Source of the DNA: an uncultured Ardenticatenaceae bacterium
Lineage (GTDB): Bacteria; Chloroflexota; Anaerolineae; Promineifilales; Promineifilaceae
Direction of reading: 5' to 3'
Assembly: GCA_964608255.1 (NCBI GenBank)
Contig: CAZSOD010000005.1
Span: 3,681-67,680, forward strand
DNA: 64,000 nucleotides
Of this stretch, positions 57,119 through 64,000 are shown in pieces. Made by a program: the position numbers and the translations under genes. The notes under the pieces were generated by a model. The model ran no database searches. It was not told where the DNA came from and worked only from the letters and a program-made list of their open reading frames with translations. How positions within the stretch are numbered: position 1 is the stretch's first letter; each line of letters opens with the position of its first letter.

Positions 57119-59023
57119 ATGTCGACGGACAAAAAGATGGTCGGCGAGGTCTACTACCCCGCTCCGGAAGTAGTCGCGCATGCGCACATCCCCAACTACG
57201 AGAAGGTCCAGGCGGAGGCAGCGGCCGACCCGGCGGCGTTCTGGGGGCGCATTGCCGCTGAGAACTTTGAGTGGTACGAGCCCTGGGAGTCGGTCCTCGA
57301 TGATCGCAACGCGCCTTTCTATAAGTGGTTTGACGGCGCGGAGGTCAACATCGTCCATAACGCGCTCGACCGTCATCTGCGCACGGCAACACGCAACAAG
57401 GCGGCGCTGCTCTTCGAAGGCGAGCCGGGCGACACACGCACCTACACGTACCAGCAACTCAGCCACGAGGTTGCCCGCTTTGCCGGCGTGCTAAAATCGC
57501 AGGGCGTGCAGCGCGGCGACCGGGTGACGATCTATATGGGCCGCATTCCGGAACTCATGATCGCCATGCTGGCCTGCGCCAAGATCGGGGCGATCCACTC
57601 GGTTGTCTATGGTGGCTTCTCTGTCGAGGCGCTCTACGACCGTATTCTCGACAGCGATTCCAAGGTACTGGTGACCTGTGACGGTGCCTGGCTGCGGGGC
57701 GACATCGTTGAACTCAAGAAGATCGCTAATGAGGCGTTGCAGAAGAACAACCCGGTTCAGAGTGTCATCGTCGTCAAGCGCACGGGGCAGGACGTGGAGA
57801 TGGTGCCCGACCGTGACCACTGGTACCATGACCTGATGGCCCTGCCCGTTGCCGACCCGAAGACGCCGACCGAGCACATGGAGGCCGAGTCGCCGCTTTT
57901 CATGCTCTACACGTCGGGCACAACCGGGCGGCCGAAGGCCATCCTCCACACCCACGGCGGCTACATGGTCGGCACCGCGACAACGCTGAAGTGGGTTTTC
58001 GACATCAAGCCTCACGACATTTACTGGTGCGCGGCCGACCCCGGCTGGATCACCGGCCACAGCTACATCGTTTACGCGCCCCTGGTATTAGGCGCGACCA
58101 GCTTCATGTATGAGGGCGCGCCAACCCACCCGAACCCGGATCGCTGGTGGGCGATGATCGAGAAGTACCAGATCACTATCCTCTACACCGCGCCCACCGC
58201 CATTCGCGGCCTGATGCGATTCGGCGAAAGCTGGCCCGACCTCCACGACCTGTCCAGCCTGCGGCTCTTGGGCACGGTAGGCGAGCCGATCAACCCGGAA
58301 GCGTGGCGCTGGTACCATCGGGTCATTGGCAAGGAGCGCTGCCCGATCATGGACACCTGGTGGCAGACCGAGACGGGCATGTTCATGATCACGCCGCTGC
58401 CAAGCACCCCTCTGAAGCCCGGCTCCGGCACGCGCCCGTTCCCCGGCATCGAGGTTGACGTGGTGAACGAGGAGGGCGAATCCGTGGCGCCCAACGAGGA
58501 AGGCTACCTGGTCATCAAGGGGCCGTGGCCGGCCATGCTGCGGACGATTTTCGGCGATCCCGACCGCTATGTGCAGCAATACTGGAGCCGCTTTGAGGAA
58601 CAGGGCTGGTATTTGCCCGGTGACAGCGCGCGCAAGGACGAGGATGGCTATATCTGGATCATCGGCCGCATCGATGACGTGATCAAAGTCTCCGGCTATC
58701 GGCTGGGCACGGCCGAGATCGAGAGCGCGCTGGTAAGCCACCCGGCAGTGGCCGAGGCGGCGGTCATCGGCGTACCCGACCAGCTGCGCGGCAATATCAT
58801 CAAAGCCTACTGCATTCTGCGCCAGGGTTACGAGCCAAGCGCCACCTTGTCGCGCGCGCTCATCGACCACGTCGGTCACGAGATGGGGCCGATCGCCAAG
58901 CCCAGCACAGTCGAGTTCGTCGAGCAACTCCCCAAGACGCGTTCGGGCAAGATCATGCGCCGCGTGCTGAAAGCGCGCGCCCTGGGCCAGCCCGAAGGCG
59001 ACACCTCCACGCTGGAGAGATAG
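57119..59023 (+). CDS. acs: Acetyl-CoA synthetase
   Basis: LYTSGTTGRPK, ADPGWITGHSY, VGEPINPEAW, DTWWQTETG, GRIDD, PKTRSGKIMRR. Confidence 0.96.
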   Translation: MSTDKKMVGEVYYPAPEVVAHAHIPNYEKVQAEAAADPAAFWGRIAAENFEWYEPWESVLDDRNAPFYKWFDGAEVNIVHNALDRHLRTATRNKAALLFEGEPGDTRTYTYQQLSHEVARFAGVLKSQGVQRGDRVTIYMGRIPELMIAMLACAKIGAIHSVVYGGFSVEALYDRILDSDSKVLVTCDGAWLRGDIVELKKIANEALQKNNPVQSVIVVKRTGQDVEMVPDRDHWYHDLMALPVADPKTPTEHMEAESPLFMLYTSGTTGRPKAILHTHGGYMVGTATTLKWVFDIKPHDIYWCAADPGWITGHSYIVYAPLVLGATSFMYEGAPTHPNPDRWWAMIEKYQITILYTAPTAIRGLMRFGESWPDLHDLSSLRLLGTVGEPINPEAWRWYHRVIGKERCPIMDTWWQTETGMFMITPLPSTPLKPGSGTRPFPGIEVDVVNEEGESVAPNEEGYLVIKGPWPAMLRTIFGDPDRYVQQYWSRFEEQGWYLPGDSARKDEDGYIWIIGRIDDVIKVSGYRLGTAEIESALVSHPAVAEAAVIGVPDQLRGNIIKAYCILRQGYEPSATLSRALIDHVGHEMGPIAKPSTVEFVEQLPKTRSGKIMRRVLKARALGQPEGDTSTLER

Positions 59024-59024
59024 C

Positions 59025-59381
59025 TTGACAAACCCATACGGTGTACCCGCCTACACGGCGTTGGACGTCGCCGCACGGCGGGCGCGGGGCGAGCAGTTTG
59101 TCCTGCTCGATGTGCGCGAGCCGTTTGAGTTGGAACTAGCCAACTTGGGCGACGACGTATTGAATACCCCGCTCAGCGAACTGGCGGCGCGGCGCGAGGC
59201 CGCGCTGCCGGCGGCGTTGGCCGACCGGGACGCGGAGGTCATTGTGCTTTGCCACCATGGCAACCGTAGCGCCCAGGTAACGGCCTGGCTGCGCGATGTG
59301 GGTTATACGCGCGTCTTTAACTTGGACGGCGGCATCGACGCCTGGGCGCGCGATGTCGATCCGTCCGTGGGGTCATATTAG
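59025..59381 (+). CDS. Single-domain rhodanese (sulfurtransferase)
   Basis: LLDVREPFE, CHHGNRS, NLDGGIDAW. Confidence 0.92.
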   Translation: MTNPYGVPAYTALDVAARRARGEQFVLLDVREPFELELANLGDDVLNTPLSELAARREAALPAALADRDAEVIVLCHHGNRSAQVTAWLRDVGYTRVFNLDGGIDAWARDVDPSVGSY

Positions 59382-59484
59382 GATGCTATAGTCGCAAGTC
59401 GGTCAAGGCCCGCGCCGCCCCATTATTCCCATTGGCCAACCGTATGCGAAGCGCCCCACGAAGGGCGCGAGGAGTTGCCGGCGT

Positions 59485-61395
59485 ATGCCCGAAGTCCGGA
59501 TTGAATCACTGCTGTCGGCGCGGCTGTTCCAAGCGCCCCAAGCGGTAGGCGATCGATTGTACTTTGTCAGTAACCTGAGCGGCCGCCTCAGCCTCTACGT
59601 CATGAACGAGGGCGGCAGCGTGCCGGAGCCGCTACTGCCACCCGACCTGGCGCTACAAAACCCCCATCATGTCGCTCGCCTCTATCAAGTGTTCCCGCAA
59701 CTGGGCAAATTGCTCCTCATGCTCGACCAGGACGGCGACGAAAACTACCAGCCGGTCCTTGTCCCACTTGATGGTGGCTACCCTGAGCCGGTGTTTGCGG
59801 CGGAGCTGGCTCCGTTTCGCTGCCAATTGGCCCACTATGATGTGAATAGCAGTGTCGCTTATTTCTTCGCCGAATCGCGGCACGAGGCCAATAACGTTAC
59901 GTTCCGCGCGGACCTGGCCAGAGGCGAGTTGACGACCGTCTTCAGCGGGCGTTACGGCGCATTCGTTAGCGCGGCCACGCCGGACAATGGCCGCGTTGCG
60001 CTGGTTGAAGGGTATACCGTGGGTGATACGGTGCTGTGGCTGTGGGACGAGCGGGCAGGGGGGTTGCGCCGGCTCTATGGCACGCCGCTAGACGAACGTG
60101 AGCCGGGCGAGCCCATGCCACTGACCAGCTTCGGCGCAGCCGAGTTCACGCGCTCTGGGCGTGGCCTGCTCACGATAACCGGCCTGTTCGCCGATACCTA
60201 TGGCCTTGGCTACATTGCGCTGGACGATCCGGGAACGGTGGCGCGGGTCGAGGTGCGCGGCACAGCGCACGAGGGCGCGGGCGAGATGGAGTTAGTTCGC
60301 CACCTGCGCGACGACCGCTACGCCGTCCAATACAACATCGACGGCGTCTCGTGGCTCTATGAGGCGCACTTCGATGAGGATAGGCTGGAGATGCAGCTAG
60401 ATGTTGTCGTTTGCGGCCAGCCGCCGCTGGATGGCGGCATGATGGACAGCTTCTACTACGATGCCGCGGCCGACCGCTACGTCCTGGCTCATTCATCCGC
60501 CACTTCACCGACGCAGATCTATACTGTAACAGGGCCAGAGCGCGAGGTCGTCCGCCGCCAGACCAACGAGCGGGTATTGGGTCTGCCGGAAAGCCATCTG
60601 TCACCGGGCGAGGATGCCTCCTTTGTGTCCCACGATGGGCTGCGCGTCTCGGCGCGGCTCTACTTGCCGTCCCCGGACCTGGGCTACGCGGGGCCGCGGC
60701 CACTGGTCTATTACGTCCATGGCGGCCCGCAGGGCCAGGAGCGGCCGGATTTCGCCTGGTTCTCCATGCCGCTCATCCAGTTCTTGACGCTGAGCGGGTT
60801 TGCCGTGTTTGTGCCCAACGCGCGGGGCAGCACGGGCTACGGCTTGAACTATACCAAACACGTCGACCGCGACTGGGGCGGGCAGGACCGGCTCGACCAC
60901 GTCCACGCCATGCAGGTGCTGTCCTCGGACGACCGCGTGGACACGACGCGGGCAGCGGTTATCGGCCGCTCTTACGGCGGCTACATGACGCTGATGCTGG
61001 CGGCGCGACACCCTGAGCTATGGTCGGCGGCCGTTGACATGTTTGGCCCGTATGACCTGCTGACCTTTATCGACCGGCTGCCGGAGACCTGGAAGCCCTA
61101 CTTTGCCATTGCCTGTGGCGACCCGGTGGAGGATCGCGACTTCCTGATCGAGCGCTCGCCGGCCACCTACATCGACGCCATTCGTTGCCCACTGCTTGTC
61201 ATCCAGGGCCAGAACGATCCGCGCGTCGTCGAGCGTGAGTCGCGCGACGTGGTCGAACGGCTGCGCGCCCGCGGAAAGGACGTGGCGTATCTCGTCTTCG
61301 CCGATGAGGGCCACGACGTACTCAAGTACGAGAACCGGGTCGTCTGCTATAACACGATTACGGAGTTCTTTCGCAAGCACCTGGATGGTGGCTAG
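59485..61395 (+). CDS. S9 family (prolyl oligopeptidase/acylaminoacyl) peptidase
   Basis: HGGP, PNARGSTGYG, GRSYGG, QGQNDPRV, DEGH. Confidence 0.93.
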   Translation: MPEVRIESLLSARLFQAPQAVGDRLYFVSNLSGRLSLYVMNEGGSVPEPLLPPDLALQNPHHVARLYQVFPQLGKLLLMLDQDGDENYQPVLVPLDGGYPEPVFAAELAPFRCQLAHYDVNSSVAYFFAESRHEANNVTFRADLARGELTTVFSGRYGAFVSAATPDNGRVALVEGYTVGDTVLWLWDERAGGLRRLYGTPLDEREPGEPMPLTSFGAAEFTRSGRGLLTITGLFADTYGLGYIALDDPGTVARVEVRGTAHEGAGEMELVRHLRDDRYAVQYNIDGVSWLYEAHFDEDRLEMQLDVVVCGQPPLDGGMMDSFYYDAAADRYVLAHSSATSPTQIYTVTGPEREVVRRQTNERVLGLPESHLSPGEDASFVSHDGLRVSARLYLPSPDLGYAGPRPLVYYVHGGPQGQERPDFAWFSMPLIQFLTLSGFAVFVPNARGSTGYGLNYTKHVDRDWGGQDRLDHVHAMQVLSSDDRVDTTRAAVIGRSYGGYMTLMLAARHPELWSAAVDMFGPYDLLTFIDRLPETWKPYFAIACGDPVEDRDFLIERSPATYIDAIRCPLLVIQGQNDPRVVERESRDVVERLRARGKDVAYLVFADEGHDVLKYENRVVCYNTITEFFRKHLDGG

Positions 61396-61418
61396 GGGCC
61401 AGGGTCCAGAGGCCAGGG
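61394..61418 (+). repeat. Degenerate heptamer tandem repeat (AGGGGCC)x3.5
   Basis: AGGGGCC AGGGTCC AGAGGCC AGGG at the peptidase stop codon. Confidence 0.55.
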
Positions 61419-61500
61419 AAGCGGCAGGCGCCACCGGACGGCGACAGCCGCCAAACCAGCAAGGCCCAACTGACCTACTACTTGCTTCCTTCTGCACGGC

Positions 61501-62433
61501 ATGTCCGATCTCCTGAAGATTTACGAAGTGGGGCCGCGAGACGGCTTGCAGAACGAGGCCGCCTTACTGGATGCCGGGCAAAAGCGTCGCCTGATCGACG
61601 GCCTGATCGCGGCCGGTTTGCGCCATATCGAAGTCACTAGCTTTGTCCACCCCAAGGCCGTGCCGCAACTGGCCGACGCTGACGAGGTGATGGCCGGGGT
61701 CGTCGAGGCGTATGCGGGCGCGGGGGTGGATTTTGTCGGGCTGGTGTTCAACGAACGGGGCTACGAGCGGGCGCTGGCTAGCGGTTGCCGGTCGATGGCC
61801 TTTGGCGCGGCCGTCAGCGAGACCTTTAGCCGGCGCAACACCCACAACACGCCGCGCGAGGCGCTGGACACCGCCCGCCGGCTCATCGCTGAGGCGCGCC
61901 GCGAGGGACTTCGCACTCGCTTTTACGTGATGACCGCCTGGATTTGCCCGTTCGAAGGGCCTGTCTCGCCCCATAAAACTCTGGCCGTAGTGCAGGAGAT
62001 TGCCGACTGGGGCGTGGATGAGATCGCGGTAGCCGATACCATCGGACACGCCGATCCGCTCGCGGTGGGCCGTCTCATTGACCTCATCGCCCGGCGCATC
62101 GATATCGGCCGCCTGGCGGCGCACTTGCACGATACGCAAGCGTTGGGTCTCGCCAACGCCACGGCCGCGTTTCAGGCGGGCATCCGCACGTTCGACTCCA
62201 GCGTGGGCGGGTTGGGGGGCTGCCCGTTTGCGCCGGGCGCGGCTGGCAACCTGTCCACCGAAGACCTGGTTTTCCTGGCTTGGAAGGTAGGTCTGGGCAC
62301 CGGCGTGGACTTCGGCCGCCTTTGGGAAGTGGTCTATGAACTGGAGCGAGCCATCGGCCGCCCCATTGGCGGCCGGATTCGCCAGTGGTGGGAAAGCCAG
62401 CAGGACCACGAACCGCGCCTTGACTTCTCCTAG
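61501..62433 (+). CDS. Hydroxymethylglutaryl-CoA lyase
   Basis: EVGPRDGLQNE, SFVHPKAVPQLAD, ADTIG, HLHDT, GGLGGCPFAPGAAGN..TED. Confidence 0.93.
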   Translation: MSDLLKIYEVGPRDGLQNEAALLDAGQKRRLIDGLIAAGLRHIEVTSFVHPKAVPQLADADEVMAGVVEAYAGAGVDFVGLVFNERGYERALASGCRSMAFGAAVSETFSRRNTHNTPREALDTARRLIAEARREGLRTRFYVMTAWICPFEGPVSPHKTLAVVQEIADWGVDEIAVADTIGHADPLAVGRLIDLIARRIDIGRLAAHLHDTQALGLANATAAFQAGIRTFDSSVGGLGGCPFAPGAAGNLSTEDLVFLAWKVGLGTGVDFGRLWEVVYELERAIGRPIGGRIRQWWESQQDHEPRLDFS

Positions 62434-62494
62434 CCGTCAAGCCACAAACGACACAGGAGTTGCGGATTCAAGACCTCGGTCCTCTGTGGCCTTC

Positions 62495-63655
62495 TTATCC
62501 TGGAAACGCCCGGTACACCTCCAGAAAACGATCGATCTCGTCGCGGACATTGTAAGCGTGGAACGACAGGCGGATGTAGGCCGCGCCGGGCCTGTCCAGG
62601 TGCTTGACGACGACGACGTTGTGGCGGGCCAGGAACTGCACAGCCTCTTCCGTCTTTGGCGCATCCCAGGGCGAGCGGAAGGTCACGATCGGCCCGGCGG
62701 CGTCCGGCGGGGTGATCACCGCGCAGCCAGAGCGCGCCAGCTCCCCGGCCGCGTAGCGGGTCAGGGCGGTCGTGTGGGCGTCGATCTTGGCGACACCAAG
62801 TTCGTTGAGCAGCGCCAGGCTGGCCGCCATTCCCAAGATGCCCGGCAGGTTGGGCGTGCCGCTCATGAAGCGGGCCGCGCCCGGCAGCGGCGTGAGGTCA
62901 TAGTCCAGCCAGTGCAAGTAATTGACCGTCGCATTGGAATGGATCAGGCGTGGTTGCATGGCGTTCGCCAGCGTTTCGCGGACGTACATAAAGCCCGTAC
63001 CCGGTAGGGCAAGCAACGACTTCTGGCCGCCGGTCGCCAGCACATCGATATTCATGGCTTGCACGTCGATGGGAATATGGCCGATGCACTGGATGGCATC
63101 GACGATGAAGAGGATGTCGCGCTCCCGGCAGAAGCGGCCGATAGCGGCCAGGTCGGTGCGATGGCCGGTGAAGAACTGCACCGCGCTGGCGGCCACGACC
63201 CGCGTGCGCTCATTCACACCCTCGGCGACCGCGCTCAAGGTCAGTCCACCGTTGTCGGCCGGAACGATTCGCGCCTCGACGCCATCATGCGCCAGCGAGA
63301 GCCATGGATAGGCATTGGACGGGAACTCCATGTCGGCGAACAGGACGTTATCCCCGCGCCGCCACGGCAGCGCCTGGGCCACGGCGTTTAGCGCGGCGCT
63401 GGTCGAGGTCACGGCGACGATCTCCGACGGGCTGGCGGCGTTGATGAAGCGGGCCAGATCGGCCTGAAGCGCGGTCATGGCCGGCAACCCGACCCGGCCG
63501 AAGAAGTCGTTGGGGTTGATAGAAAGTTCCTCCACAACGCGCTGAATCTCGCGCTTGGCGCGCTGCGGCAGCGGCGCGATGCCGGCGTGATTGAGGTAGG
63601 CGATCTGGCGTGAATGGGGAAACTCTTCACGCCGCAGCTGCTCGATGTCGTACAT
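62495..63655 (-). CDS. Class V PLP aminotransferase (cysteine desulfurase/isopenicillin epimerase-like)
   Basis: YLNHAGIAP, EFPSN.YPW, VDAIQ, GGQKSLLA, RLSFHAYN; start at MYDIE after GGGAG. Confidence 0.88.
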   Translation of the reverse strand: MYDIEQLRREEFPHSRQIAYLNHAGIAPLPQRAKREIQRVVEELSINPNDFFGRVGLPAMTALQADLARFINAASPSEIVAVTSTSAALNAVAQALPWRRGDNVLFADMEFPSNAYPWLSLAHDGVEARIVPADNGGLTLSAVAEGVNERTRVVAASAVQFFTGHRTDLAAIGRFCRERDILFIVDAIQCIGHIPIDVQAMNIDVLATGGQKSLLALPGTGFMYVRETLANAMQPRLIHSNATVNYLHWLDYDLTPLPGAARFMSGTPNLPGILGMAASLALLNELGVAKIDAHTTALTRYAAGELARSGCAVITPPDAAGPIVTFRSPWDAPKTEEAVQFLARHNVVVVKHLDRPGAAYIRLSFHAYNVRDEIDRFLEVYRAFPG

Positions 63656-63908
63656 GACGATTGCTCCCTGTTTGTTCACGCTGGCCACGGGGTGCATCCA
63701 AAACAACCCATAGATGAAACCCGCGCCAATGAAACGCTGCAAGGAACTGTCTTCCTTGCGGTGTCCACTGGCAACTTCCGGGTCACCGGTTGGTCACTGT
63801 TTCGGCAAGCAATGGCCCGACCTTAGTCGGGGCTATGATTGGTAGCCGGGGCCACTTTCTGATAAAGATGGAGCCTCATTATAAGTTGGTTGACCTGGGA
63901 ACCCAAAG

Positions 63909-64000
63909 ATGAACTTGTCGCCGGAAGCCCTGCTATCGGGCTACATGCAGGGTGCATTTCCGATGGCCCAACCGGACGGGCGTATCTACTGGTACTCGCC
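63909..64000 (+). CDS. aat: Leucyl/phenylalanyl-tRNA--protein transferase (5' part, truncated by window edge)
   Basis: MNLSPEALLSGYMQGAFPMAQPDGRIYWYS matches the LL.AY..G.FPM...I.W.SP N-terminus. Confidence 0.8.
   Translation, partial: MNLSPEALLSGYMQGAFPMAQPDGRIYWYS

Overview
High-GC, gene-dense bacterial chromosome segment. Gene content and protein motifs suggest Chloroflexota (Anaerolineae/Ardenticatenia-like); this is an inference. No rRNA, tRNA, CRISPR array, transposase or phage gene was recognised. Left to right: (1) a stress island with three USP genes, two CBS-pair genes, a DsbA-family gene and a LonC-type protease, then uvrC; (2) a minus-strand run (NUDIX, trpF, cation:proton antiporter, GNAT, YbhB, SDR, DAHP synthase); (3) menA converging on a tetR-menF-menD-menB-menE-menH operon that lacks menC; (4) divergent from tetR, a B-family (ba3-type) oxidase operon (2x Sco, an unannotated 42-aa subunit IIa, subunits II and I, a lipoprotein cytochrome c), followed by an unusual cytochrome b-2[4Fe-4S]-MvhD fusion with no Rieske partner; (5) assorted metabolic genes and a Get3/ArsA ATPase; (6) a probable surface-glycosylation locus with a flippase-like gene and three GT-C glycosyltransferases flanking two paralogous secreted FnIII/beta-sandwich proteins; (7) an ABC exporter, an M14 peptidase, an unannotated 34-aa membrane peptide, rpsU with a non-canonical start, a GH4 glycosidase, acs, rhodanese, an S9 peptidase, HMG-CoA lyase, a class V aminotransferase and the start of aat. 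The best candidates for an undescribed system are the cytochrome b-FeS-MvhD fusion within a menaquinone/ba3 respiratory island and the GT-C/secreted-paralog locus.
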